DNA of 64,000 nt from Mobula hypostoma (Eukaryota), in the NCBI RefSeq assembly GCF_963921235.1, contig NC_086097.1, positions 136,278,001 through 136,342,000 of the forward strand. Reading direction: 5' to 3'. Each line of letters starts with the position of its first letter. The first letter of the stretch is position 1. This document shows positions 26,401 to 39,500 of this stretch, piece by piece. A program made the translations under genes and the position numbers. The notes under the pieces are model-generated. The model was not told where the DNA came from. It saw only the letters and a program-made list of their open reading frames with translations, and searched no databases.

Positions 26401-26699
26401 GGATGTGCAGAAAGCTGAAACCATGGTGGAGCTCGCTGAGTCCACTATTTTCTCCACCCTCTTGCATTCCTGTGCACTGGAGTCTCTATCCCAGGCTGTA
26501 ATGTAACCAGTCAGAACCTACTCTCTGCACATCTGCAGAAGTTTGCCAGAGTCTTTGAGGATGTGCTACATGTCCTTAAACTTCTGAGAAAGTAGCTGGC
26601 ATGGGTGCACCTATGTCTCCAGTTTAGGTCCTCCAAGATGTTGACACCAAGGAGGTCGAAGTTGCTCCTTCTTTCCACTGCAGTTCCTTCAGAGAGGAC

Positions 26700-29160
26700 T
26701 GTCATGTCTTACTTAGTTTGCCTGCCATTTCGTTGTCCCCATTACTGCCGCTCCAGCAATGTTTTCCAGCATTCCAATATCCACTCTCACCTCTTTTTTA
26801 CACTTTATGTACCTAAAGAAACTTCTGGTATCCTCTTTATTATTATTCTTGGCTGACTTACCTTCCTATTCCATTTTTACCTTCTTAATGACTTTTTTAG
26901 TTGCTTTCTCTTGGTATTTAAAAGCTTCCCAATCCACTAACTTCCACTAATTTTTGGCTTTTATGTTGGCTTTGATTTATCTTGTTAGCCACAGTTGAGT
27001 CATCTTTCCTTCAGAATACTTCCTCTTTGGGATGTAATTATCCTGTGCCTTCACAATTGCTTCCAGAAATTCCAGCCATTGCTACTCTGTCGTCATCCCT
27101 GCCAGTGTTCTTTTCCAATCAATTCTGGCCAACTTCTCTTTCATCCCTCTGTAATTCCCTTTACTCCACTGTAATGCTGATACATCTGACTTTAACTTCT
27201 CCTTCTTACATTTCGGGGTGAATTTGATCATATTATGCTCACTTGCCCCAGAGGGTTCTTTCATCTTAATCTCTCTAATTAATTCTGGTTCATAGCACAA
27301 CACTCAATCCAGAGTATCTAAGCCCCAAGTGGGCTCAACCAAGAGCCGCTCTAAAATGCCATCTCATAGGCACTCTAGAAATTCCTTTTCCAGGAATCAA
27401 GCACCAACCTGATTTTCCCAAACTACCTGCATGTTGAAATCCCCCATGTCTATTGTAAAATTACCCTTTTGGTATGCATTCTCTATCTTCCATTGTAATT
27501 TGTAGACCACATCCTTACTACTGTTTGGGTCTGTATACAACTCCCATCAAGATTTTTTTTTTACTTTTGCAGTTCCTTAGTTCTATCCACTATGATTCAA
27601 CACCTTTCAACCCTATGTCACCTCTTTCTAATGATTTGATTTCATTTTTTTACCAACAGAGCAAAACCACCCCCTCTGCCTTCCTGCCTGCCTGTCCTTT
27701 TGATACAATGTGTATCCTTGGACATTCAGCTCCCAACGATAATCTTCTTTCATTCGTGACTCAGTGATGTCTACAACATTTTACCTGCCAGTCTGCAACT
27801 GTGATTCAAAATCATCTACCTCATTCCGTATATTGCGCACATTCAATAATAGCTTCAGTCCTGTACTCACCCTTTTCAATTTTGTCTGGCTTTTACATTT
27901 TACATTGCAACTCATCCTGATGCCTGAAATTTGCCCTGTCAACAGCCTCTCCTCTCTACACATTGCCTTTTTTTGTTAACCAGCTACGCCATCTCATTCG
28001 CCTTTCCGAGGATACTTCTAGCATTGAAATATACGCAGCTCAGGACACTAGGTGCACCATGCTCAACCATTCGATTCTTAACTATGTCTGAGGTCTTACC
28101 AACATCTGCCTCCACAACCTGTCCACTAACTGTACTGGCGCAATTCTAGTTTAAACCACACCGTGCAGCATTAACAAACCATCCTGCTAGGAAATTAGTC
28201 CCCCTCTAGTTCATCTGCAAACCTTCCCATCTGTACAGATCCCACCTTCCCTGGAAGAGAGCCCAGTGATCCAAAAATCTTATGCCCTCCCTCCTATACC
28301 AACTCCTTAGACATGTATTAAACTTCCAAGTTCTGGTCTCACTAGCACGTGGCATGAGTAGCAATCCTGAGATCGCAACCCTGGAGGTCCTGTCCTTTAA
28401 CTTAGCAGCTAACTCCCTGACTCCCTATGCAGAACCTTGTCACTCTTCCTACCCATGTCATTGGTATCGACATGGACCACAACTTCTGAATGTTCACCCT
28501 CCCATTTAAGAATGCTGAGAACTCGGTCTGAAACATCCCAGACCCTGGCACCCAGGAGGCAACAAACCATCTGGGAATCTCATTCTCGCCCACAGAGCCT
28601 CCTGTCTGTTCCCCAGCTAACAAGTCCATATCAACACAGCGTGCCTCTTCTCCCTCTTCCCAGACTCCCAGACTCCGTGCCAGAGACCTGACCACTGTGA
28701 TTTTTCTCTGTTAGGTCAACCCTGCCCCCCCCCACCCCCCCAGACATTATCCAAAGTGATATACCTGTTGTAGAGGGGGACAGCACAGGGGTACTCCATA
28801 TTGGCTCCTTTCCTCCTCCTGACTATCACCTAGTCTCCTGTGTCCTGCACCTTGGGTGTTACTACTTCTCTCTATGTCCCACCCATCACCCCCTCAGCCT
28901 CCTGAATGATCTGGAGTTCATCTAGTTCCAGCTAAAACTCCTTAATGCAGATTGTTAGAAGCTACAGCTGGATGCACTTCTCACAGCTGTAGTTGTGAGG
29001 GACACTAGGGGTCTCCCTGCCTTCCCTCATCCCGCCAGAGGAAATTCCACTATCCTGCCTGGCATCACTACCATCCTGGCTGAGCAGGTATAAAGAAGGG
29101 AAGGGAAAAAAAATCTAACCTTGAGCTTTTCTTTGCTTTCTCTGACTGAAGCCTCTCTTC
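26700..29160 (-). mobile_element. CR1 LINE 5' half (ORF1 zinc-finger/esterase and ORF2 APE endonuclease), degraded
   Basis: The reverse strand encodes YSCEKCIQL, PGARVWDVSDRV...EVVVHVDTNDMGR (ORF1 esterase), LLNVRNIRNEVDD and SEHNMIKF (APE). Confidence 0.85.
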
Positions 29161-29679
29161 ACTGTTCTGAGTGCTGAGGGTGAGAATTTTAAAATATCAC
29201 ATTAAACATTCGATGGTTTAATTGTGTCTTCAAAAAGCCACGTCTGCGTTCCTGAAGACTGATCCCTTCACTTGGTGGGGCTTCAAGACAATCCTGTCTG
29301 CGGAGGATGGATTGTGTTGTGTAACCACATTTGCACTGAGACTTGCTTGGATCCCACATGAAAAGGAGTTGTGGTAGTGATGAGTCTCGGCTCAGTCACT
29401 CTGCAATGCACACCCATTTCTAGGGGTTACATTTTTGGCCTGACATTTCAGACATAGGAATATTGAGCAAGATAAATCTGCATTATTAAAGGGTATGAAA
29501 AATTGGGACTACAGCACTCATTTCTGAGGCCATTTTCAGAAAACACAAAAGAAGTTGGCGCAAACTAACAACGCCACCAAGGGTGACATCCTTCAGACAG
29601 TTCACAATATTACTTCCTTTGCTTCTTCTTTCAGATATAGATCTGCCGCCATTGCAGTCTGTGAGCTACATTTTGATGG

Positions 29680-30400
29680 CATGTTTTCGGGCCGACTGAG
29701 CGATCTGGTACTTTGCTGCCTCTGAGGGAGGTGGTGAGGTTTCAAGCAAAGTGTGTGGCCTGGAGACTGGGCACAAGCCCATGGTTGACTCCATTTCTCA
29801 GGAATTTCACTGATTAAAGCATCGAGGAAGACTGAAGTCAACAAGAACAAGAGCGGAAGACGAATAGGTGTTCAGAGCCGTCTGCCTCGCAGTGGCCGGT
29901 TTCTCTCTTGCTGCTCCTGGAAGGTGTCTGCATTCTATTGGCCTCTCTCTCTCCCTCTCGCTCATAACTGCTGGAGGAAGATTCTGGAGTCTTGGGGCTT
30001 GGGCACGATTTAATCAAAGCAATTTATGGATTAGACACTGTAGTTTATGTTATGATGTGTTTCTAGTTTCTGGTTGCTCCTTTTTTGTGGCTAATTTGTG
30101 CAATTTTGATTGGGGCAGACTGTCTCTACGACTAGTAGTCAACGAACTACACAGCACTAGATTGAACTGAACTGAGCTGAAACTGAACATTCCTGGTCTG
30201 TTTCATTGGCTTTGTGGTTTGTTGTTTTATATTCTGTGTTTTTTCACTTTTTTTTTGCTGTTTGTGTGATTTGTTCTTTTTTTTTGCACTTTGGGGGGTT
30301 TGATGTTTTTCTTTGTTTCGTGGGTGTCTGTGGGAAGACGAATTTCAGGGTTGCAAACTGTACACACACTTTGATAATAAATGTACTTTGAACCTTTGAT
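29680..30400 (+). mobile_element. Probable non-autonomous retroposon with a Rex/L2-type 3' tail
   Basis: T-rich 3' part ending in ataataaatgtactttgaacctttga, the same tail type as at 9295-9320. The 5' boundary is uncertain. Confidence 0.5.
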
Positions 30401-30465
30401 TGAATCTTGAAGGTTGAAAATATATACCACCAGGCTCAAGGACAGTTTCTATCCCACTTTTATAA

Positions 30466-33207
30466 TCAGAATCAGGTTTATTATCACTGGCATGTGTTGT
30501 GAAATTTGTTAATGTAGCAACAGCAATTCAATGCAATACATGATAATAAAGAAAGAAAAATAAACAAGTAAATCAATTACAGTAAGTATATACATGTTAA
30601 ATAGCTAGATTAAAAATAGTGCAAAAACAGAAATAATGTATATGTAAAAAAGTAAGATAGTGTTCATGGGTTTAATGTCCACTTAGGAATCGGATGGCAG
30701 AGGGGAAAAAGTTGTTCCTGAGTGTGAGCCTTCAGGCTTCTCTACCTCCTTCCTGACAGGAACAACGAGAGGAGGGCATGTCCTTAGTGATGGGGGTCCT
30801 TAATAAAGAACACCGGAGGCACTGCTCCTAAAAGATGTTTTGAATACTGCGGAGCCAAATACCTAAGATATCAGTGAGCTGACTAATTTTACAACTTTCT
30901 GTAGATTCTTTTGGTCCTGTGCAGTAGCCCACAAACACCTCCCCCCCCCACCAGACAGTGATGCAGCCTGTCAGAATGCTCTTCATGGCACATCTATATA
31001 AATTTTTGAGTGTTTTAGGTGACAAACCAAATTTCTTCAAACTCCTAATGAAATATATCTGGGCATGGAGGGAGTAGAGCAGTGGGCTAAACATACATCC
31101 TGAGATGTGTCAGGGTTGATCATCAGTGAGGAGGAGATATTATTACCAATCTGCACAGATTGTGGTCCTCTGGTTAGGAAGTCAAGGATCCAATTGCACA
31201 GGGACGTACAGAGGCCCAGGTTCTGTAGCTTATCATCAGGACTGTGAGAATGATAGTGTTAAACGCTGAGCTATAGACATGAACAGCATCCTGACGTAGG
31301 TGTTTGTATTGTCCAGGTGGTCTAAGGCCATGTGAAGAGCCATTGAAGTTGTGTCTGTCGTAGACCTATTGTGGTGATCAGCAAGTTGCAGTGGGTCCAG
31401 GTCCTTGCTGAGACAGGAGTTGATTCTAGCCATGACCAACCTCGCAAATTATCTCATCACTGTATATGTGAGTGCTACTGGACAATAGTCATTAAGGCAG
31501 CTCACACTACTCTTGTTAGGTACTGGTATGATTGCTGCCTTTTTGAAGCAGGTGGGAACTTCTGACTGTAGTAGTGAGAGTTTGAAAATATACTTGAATG
31601 CCAGTTGGTTGGCACAAGTTTTCAGAGCCTTACCAGTTACTCCACTGGGGCCTGCTGCCTTGTGAGAGTTCAGCCTCTGAAAGACAGCCTGATGTTGGCC
31701 TCTGAGACAGAGATCATGGGGTCGCTGTGTGCAGCCGGGATCTTCACAGCTGTAGTTGTGTTCTCCCTTTCAAAGCAGGCATGGAAGGCGTTGAGCTCAC
31801 CTGGTAGTGGAGTATTGCTGTCATTCATGCTATTGGGTTTCACTTTGTAGGCAGTAATGTCCTGCAAACCCTGCCAGAGTTGACATGCATCCGATGTTAC
31901 CTCCAACCTTGCTTGGAATAGTTTTCTCGCTCTTGAAATAGCCCTCCGCAAGTCATACCTGCTTTTCTTTTTCTGTGAGTCGCCAGACTTAAATGCCACA
32001 AATCTCGCCCTCAGCAGACAACAAACCTCCTGGTTCATCTACGGCCTTCGGCTCGAGAATGTGCAGCAAGTTTTTGTGGGCACACACTCATCCACACAGG
32101 TTTTAATGAAGTCAGTAACAACTGCAGCATACTCATCCAGATTCAAAGATGAATCCCTGAATACAGTCCAGTCCACCGATTCAAAGCAGTCCTGTAGGCG
32201 CTCCTGTGCTTCCCTTGTCCAAACCTTCTTGGTCCTCGCTGCTGGTACTGCGGTCTTCAGTCTCTGCCTGTACTCAGGGAGTAGAAGTACAACCAGGTGA
32301 TCAGACTTTCTGGTGAGGGCATGGAATAACATGGTAGGTATTCTTGATGGAAGTGTAACAGTGGCCCAGTGTGTTGCTTCCACTGGTAATACAAGTGATT
32401 TGTTGATGGTAATTATTTAGTGACCTTTTTCAAGCTGGCCTGGTTAAAATCCCCCAAAATGGCAAAATGATGGTGAAGGCATCAGGGTGTGTTGTTTCAT
32501 GCATGTTGATCCCATTGCTCAGATCATCTACAGCCTGCTTGGCATTGGCCTGAAGTGGGATGTACCCCACTACCAAAACAACCGCAGAAATGTCCCACAG
32601 CAGATAAAATAGTTGGCACTTTACTGCTAGATATTCTAGGTCTGGAGAGCAGAATCGGGACAACACCGATACATTTGTGCACCAAGGGGAGTTGGTCATG
32701 AGGCATACGCCTCCACCTCTGCTTTTGAGAGATTCGACAGTCCTATCCTGATGGTGCATCGTGAACCCGTCAATCTGAATTGCTCTGTCCATCACAGAAG
32801 GGGTTAACCCGGATTCCATGAAGCAGAGGACACAAGCGGTCCTAACGACGCTCTGATACAGCTCCCTAGCTCTGAGATCTTCGATTTTATTTACTAGATT
32901 CTGTACATTTGCCAGCAAGATAGTCGGTCTTGGGAGCTGAAAACCCAATTTTCTTAAACCCACCTGTATCCCTGATCGGCAGCCATGTTTCCCATGAGGA
33001 CTCCAACGAGAAGTATGGCCACAACCACCATTGTTTCCATCGGTTTTAAGCAGCGACAGATTAGTCAATCATATGAAGACATCTTTATTAACTGTACAGA
33101 CCTTGGAAGCCGTCGTGATTCTCAGCTGTGTATCAGGCGGAACCAGGAATATTTAATCGTATCCATCAAGCTGGGCTGCACGAGATCGCCTCCAGGCACC
33201 CTGGAAG
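30466..33207 (-). mobile_element. Rex1/Babar LINE with both ends present, frameshifted and internally deleted
   Basis: APE motifs ILLANVQNLVNK, CVLCFMES, RGGGVC (ORF 32430-33068). RT motifs LDPLQL...NRST...YVRMLF (31236-31439). (TCTGAT)n tail. TATAA TSD at 30461-30465 and 33208-33212. Confidence 0.88.
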
Positions 33208-33789
33208 TATAAGACTCTTGAATGGACCTTTAGTATGTTAAAAACAAACTTGTCTTCACAATCTATCTTGTTGTGGTCTTTGCATCTTATTGTCTAGCTG
33301 TACAGCACTTTCCCTGCAACTGCAACACTACATTCTGATTCTGTTTTTGCTTTACCTTTGTACTACCTTGATGTACTGATATTTTGAAAGAGATGGCTTT
33401 CAAAACTAAGTTTTCACTGTACCTTTGACGATAATAAACCAGTACCAACACCAGTTTAATCAGAGGATCTCCTAACCGCTGCATGAAATCCACAGACTTG
33501 TATATTTTAAATGCCAGTTTTATTTTTGGCTTTTCCAGTAACAAGTTTACCTGATTATTTTTTTCTGGGTTAGTCCAGGGATGCTTTTGTGTTGGACAGT
33601 TCATTGAGTGAACAGGAAGGATCAGAGAAGAAGGCATTTTGAGGCTTGTTTCAGAGACCTGGCTGTCTCCTTAGTTGAAGTATAGGGGAAAGGGAGAGGT
33701 CTATAGAGATGGGTGTCAGTTCAGCCATAACATTAGCGAACGGCAGAGGAGAATGGTCTCTTTCACATTCAGTGGTTTTCAGTAAATAC

Positions 33790-33980
33790 TTTAGTATTTT
33801 TTTCTATTTATGATTTATAATTTGAATTTTTAATATTTACTAATTTTTACTATTTTTAATATTTTAAATATTTAATATTTGTAATCCAGGGAGCGGGCAG
33901 TGCAGAATCAAATATCGCTGTGACGATTGTACGTTCTAGTATCAATTGTTTGGTGACAGTAAAGTATAAAGTAAAGTAAA
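33790..33980 (+). mobile_element. LINE 3' end with (AAAGT)n tail
   Basis: AT-rich 3' UTR ending in gtaaagtataaagtaaagtaaaa. Confidence 0.5.
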
Positions 33981-33994
33981 ATAGGGAAGTGAGA

Positions 33995-34553
33995 GCAGCT
34001 GAGGCCTCCGTAGGTCAGGGTGGACCAGGGATGTTGTGTTCTAGCTGTCTAAATACACAAGCCAGGGCATTACAATATGGAGAGCAAGCTCCCCCTCTCC
34101 ATGCATCTGATGAACCCAAAGACAGCCACAGTTTGACATTGGCAGCATCGCAGGAGTTGCCAGTCGGCATTGAACTCAACATAGGACTGCCTTAGGGACT
34201 CCAGCTCTGGATTTTTTGCCTCGAGGTTCATGCCCGAAGCCTTCCCCGTGAGTGGGTATAGCCGCAAGGCAGCGGAGGTTTGAGATCAGAGTTTTCTTTC
34301 TCCTAGATGAGCTGCCAACCATGGCTGATAAGCCCCATCTGCCCAAAGTGACTGGTTTTAAGGTGCCAGTCACCCACTTTTGCCCCTTCTCCTCTCCGTA
34401 GAAACGGCTCTGTCTTAGTAGCTAAGCCACACGTGAAGTCCAGGAGCTGGAGGTGGTTGCCTGGAAGAGACTATTTGAGTCATATGCCATTGGGAACATT
34501 TAATAAGAGTTTATACCCATTACCACCCCCTGCTATAACAACCTTAAGGAACC
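33995..34553 (-). mobile_element. RTE-clade non-autonomous element derived from a 5' UTR
   Basis: The reverse strand carries ggggcttatcagccatggttggcagctcatctaggagaaagaaaactctgatctcaaacc, a motif I recognise from RTE 5' UTRs. No RTE ORF follows. Confidence 0.6.
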
Positions 34554-35339
34554 AGGTGAAAAGGCATCATGGGGATAACAGAAGTGAGGAGAGCTTGGAC
34601 AGGCAGGCAGGCTTGGGAATGTTTGGCTATCAACAGCAGAGGTTTACAGGGGGTTGGAGGATCTCAGATCCGACCAGCAGACAGCAGAAATCATCAGGAC
34701 TAGAAGGAACACAGTCTTCAGTTTGTGTACTTCAAACAGGCAGTGCCTCCTATTGCAGTTCCTCAATATTGCAGCGGGTGTGCGCCTGGATTCTGGTGCT
34801 CAATCTCCAAAACTGTTAGAAGAACACTTAAACTGAAGACAGTGTCCCTCCTAGTCCTGATTTACTGAGAATCGATGAATGTAGAAGGGCCCATTGTGTT
34901 CTGCCGTTCACTAATGTTATGGCTGAACTGTCACCCAACTCCACAGAACGATCCTTTTCCCCTATATTTTGATCGAAAAGACAGCCATGTCAATGAAACA
35001 AGCCTCGAAGTGCTCTCTTCAGTGATTTTTCTTGTTCTCTCAGTGGACTGACTGGCCCTATAACATTTCCAGTCTACTCCCCAGAATGTTCGGGAGTGGG
35101 ACTTGAAGTCACAACTGTCTTAGTCAGAGGCAGGAATGAACCCCCAGAACTACAGCCCACATTGCTACCATTTGAATTGCATTCCTTAGGGACTGGCCTG
35201 GTTAGGTGAGGTTGTGAGTATCGCAGAGGCAAGAGGCAGATCACATTGAACAGAACACCAGGCTCAAGAAGTTCAACTGCTGCTGCTCTGAAGGCTCAAA
35301 GTAAAATATTACACACACTATTCCAAGCTTACGATGGGA

Positions 35340-36095
35340 TCCTCACAAGTCTGATTGAATTCTTTGAGGAAGTGACAAAACAAATTGATGAACTTGGAGA
35401 AGTGGATGTGGTGCATATGAATTTTAATAAGGTGCTTGATAAGTTTCCCCATAGTAAGCTCATTCAGAAAGTCAGGAGGCGTGCATCCAGGGAAACCTGG
35501 CTGTGTGGATTCAGAATTGTCTTGCCCACAGAAGGCCAAGTGCGGTAGTAGACGGAGCACATTCTGACTGGAGATCGGTGACCAGTGGTGTCCTGCAAGG
35601 AGCTGTTCTGGGACCCCTGCCCTTTGTGATTTTTATAAATGACTTGGCTGAGGAAATGGTGTAATGGGTTAGTAAGTTTGCCAATGACACAAAGGTTGGT
35701 GGAGTTGTGGATAGTGTCGAAGGTTGTCATAGGTTACCATGGGATATTGACAGGATGCAGAAGTGGCAGATGGAGTTTAATCCAGAAAAGTATGAAGTGA
35801 TTCACTTTGGAAATTTGAAGGCAGAGTACAGGGTTAATAGCATGATTCTTAGCACTATGGAGGAACAGAGGTGACTTAGAATCCATATCCATACATCACT
35901 CAAAGTTGCCATGCAATTTGAAAGAGTTATTAAGCAGGCATATGATGTGTTGGCCTTCATTAGTTGGCGGAATGAGTTGTCAGAGGTAGTTTTTTTGCAC
36001 AGAGAATGGTGGGTGTGTGGAATGCCACAGGTGGTGGGAGAGGTAGATACATTAGGAACACTAAAGAGGCTCTTAGATAGGCACATGGATGAAAA
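35340..36095 (+). mobile_element. CR1 RT fragment with internal deletion
   Basis: LTSLIEFFEEVTKQID...[29 protein letters not shown]. Confidence 0.85.
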
Positions 36096-36099
36096 AAAA

Positions 36100-36570
36100 T
36101 TGAATTGAATTGACTTTATTACTTACATCTAAATACATGATGAGTAAAAATCTTTATGTTACGTCTCTATCTAAGTGTGCAGTGTGCAATTTATAGTCAT
36201 TTATAGTAAATAGTATGTCAATATAACATAGAAGTACAGTTGTGTAAGCATGAATTAATCAGTCTGATGGCCTGGTGGAAGAAGCTGTCCTGGAGCCTGT
36301 TGGTTTTGGCCTTTATGCTGCGGTACTGTTTTCCAGTTGATAGCAACTGGAACAGTTTGTGGTTGGGTGACTGGGGTCCCCAGTGATCCTTTGGGCCCTT
36401 TTTACACACCTGTCTTTGTAAATGTCCTGAATAGTGGGACGTTCACATCTACAGATACGCTAGGCTGTCGGCACCACTCTCTGCAGAGACCTGCGATTGA
36501 GGAAAGTACAGTTTCCATACCAGGCAGTGATACAGCCGGTCAGGATGTTCTCAGTCATGCCCCTATAGAA
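36100..36570 (-). mobile_element. Rex1-type LINE 3' end
   Basis: ORF 36218-36409 has KAKTNRLQDSFFHQAIRLINS. (ttcaa)n tail. A sister copy lies at about 40005-40290. Confidence 0.8.
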
Positions 36571-39500
36571 ATGAAGGTGTATTTTAGAGGGAAGTGTTGC
36601 ATTGATCTAGCAGTAGGTTGGAAGATCAGTACAACATTGTGGGCTGAAGGGCCTGTACTGTGCACAGAGAAGACAAAGATACAACACAAAAGCGAATTCA
36701 GAGAAAGTGATTGATTTGTAAATGGTCATGATTGGCCGTGGTCAGGTTGGACCAGGATAGGACCGGGAGTGGTTAGCTCGAGTGCATTTTGTAGATGTAC
36801 ACATTCCAGCGCTGTGCACTGGTAGTAGAGGGAATGGATATTCAGGATGGTGGATGGGATACATCAAACAGATCCTTTGCTCTGTGGATAGTGTCAAGCT
36901 TCTTGGGAGCTGTTGGAGCTGCAGTCATACAGACAAGTGGAGAATGTTTCATCACACTTCTGGCTTATGCCTTGTAAGATGGTGGAAATGCCTTGGGGCA
37001 TCCTGAGATGAGTTGCATGCTGCAGGATATCGAACCCTTGTAACCATGGTGTTTATGTACCTAGTCATGTTGAGTTGCTGATCGATGGTGTAAGTTATTT
37101 GTCACGTATCAGCCCATGCCTGAGTGTTGGTCAGATCTTGCTGAATATAGGCACGGACTGCTTCACTTGCATCTGGATTTGAGCATTGTGTAACTTACAA
37201 CGAATTTGCTAATGAAACAGGAGAAATCTATCAACCCACAAACCTGTCCTACCATTTAAAAGGATCATTGCAAATCCTCTATTTCAAGCCCCTTTCTGAC
37301 CATTTCCAGTGTCCCCTGATCATCCACCAATCCCAGTTTTGAATATACTCACAGTGACAGCTCCTCAGCTTCTAAAAAATGGCCTTCTTCTCAGTCCTAA
37401 AAGGCAAATAAGTCATTTTGTGACCCACCTCTACTTTGCAACACATTCAGAATCGGCACTCCCCACCACCCTGCAAACCTTCAGGAATTTTATTTCTGTC
37501 AGTGTGATCATCTCACAATGCCCAAATTCCAGAAAGTGAAGGCCCCTCCTACTAACACTTCCCACTGAATCTCCAACAAATTCAACTTCCACTTAGGTTG
37601 TAGCCTTGGAAACGATTAACAAATAGAATTTTGGGTCAATGGCAGGACAATTGGCCACTGTACTTTGTCCATACTGTGTAGATTGGGACAATTTAGTAGG
37701 AATTAATGGGAATGTAGGAAGAATAAAGTGAGATTAGTGTAAATGGGTCAGCCCAGACTCATGTTTCTATGTTGTTTCTCTCTATGAGGGAGATTTCAAC
37801 ATTGAGACACTTACTATTGCTAATGAATACGAGTGGTTGTTTCGAAGATGTGTTTTAGAGGAGGACAAATAGAGGTGAGGAGGTCTAGGAGAGAGCTCTG
37901 CAGCTCAGGAGCACTGGTGAAGTGAAGCATAGATGTTAGTGAAACACACAGATATGGGAAGGCTTCACTGTGCAAGGAGCTTACGGATATTAGAAGGCCA
38001 GGGAAAGGGATTTGAAAAGAAGAGTAATAACATTAAAGTAGAATTACTGGTTATCTTGAGGTCAGGGGTGGTGCGTGAAAGGGACCTGGTGGGAGTTAGG
38101 ATAACAGTAGCAGAGCTTAGGGATACAGAAAGTAGAAATAACGAGTCTTCCTTCTGAGAACCAGACTGGGCTGCCATGGGCACAATGGGCCAAATGGCCT
38201 TCCTGGCATGCTGCATCACTGTGTAGATCTATGACAGTAATATCCCACATGCTGTAATTAAGTTGGCTAGGAATCCAGCAGGATTGTTAATGAAAATAGA
38301 GGCAAACAAAGGCGATTCTTATTAAGAAATTGGAATATTTATAATGGATTAGGCCCAGATGGCCGGCATTCAAATTTACAAGAGGAAGTGAAAGCGGAAG
38401 TCAGGGAGCTCTGGATAAAATCCTGTGCAGTTTATTGAAAGCAGGGAGACTGGAATGGAACAATGTGATCCTGACCTTGGTGGAAACTCGGGAAGGCAGA
38501 CTTCGAGTGTTACAGCTTGACACTGCGGCTTGAAAGAACAATTACACCTCTCTCCGCTGAGGACCTTTATCAACTTATTGATAAATAAATTTAGCTGGCA
38601 CAATAAGATAAGAAGGATATATAATTGATAACCGTCCCTGTATCAGGAATAGAGTGATTGAACTAGACAACATGGAAACGGGACCTGTGGTCCTCAGAGT
38701 TCATGCTGACTATCAACCCACCCATTACACTAATCCCACATGTTATTGACACCACTTTCTTATCAACTCTTCCAGAATCTACCACTTACCCACACACTCC
38801 GGGAAATTATTAAGGACCCTCACCATCCAGGAGCCTGAAGACCCACATTCAATCTTCAGCAACAGCTTCTTCCCTTCTGTATAAATGACTGTGAACCCAA
38901 TAACTCTACCTCACTATTCCTCTCTTGCACTATTTATTTATTTATTCGTTGTAACTCACTGTGTTTTTATGTCGTGCCACTAAACAACAAGTTTCATGCC
39001 ATACAGTATGTCGGTGCTAATAAACCTAAAAACAAAATAACCTCCCAGCCTGCATGCCTTTGAGATGTGGGAGGGAACAGAGGGAACCTGAGGACCTGGA
39101 GACTATGCAGTCACAGTGAAAGCTTGCGAACTCCACACGGACAGCGCCTGAGGTCAGGGTTGAGCCCAGGTCTTTGCCATGCAAGGCAGTGTCTCCATCA
39201 GCCTCGACACACTGCTTCCTTGTATTCAGCCATGTATTATACCCTGATATCAGTCCCTTATGCACAAATTATCAGGGTTAGCAGAACACTAATGGTCAGG
39301 CAAGCCCCACCAGGCAAATAAATGCACCTTATTTGGGCAACGTACTTGGAAATCTTATCCCCCTCTTCTTGCTATTCACAGCACCATTGCGGAAGTTTAA
39401 ACGTAACCAGAGGACACAGGTCAGTGGGACTAGCAGAAGAAACAGAGTTGAGTTGCCATCAAAGTCAAAGTCCAGTTTCTTGTCATGTACACAAGTACAT

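Noticed and set aside
29615..29730. Strong plus-strand splice acceptor (cttcttctttcag) suggesting a coding exon
   Set aside because: All frames close within about 30 codons and the sequence runs into a probable retroposon.
34415..34460. HDV-like ribozyme in the RTE-derived element (minus-strand TTCACGT resembles the CPEB3 L3 loop)
   Set aside because: Only 2 bp of P3 can form and I could not find a P1 or P2 partner. The following bases form a separate local hairpin.
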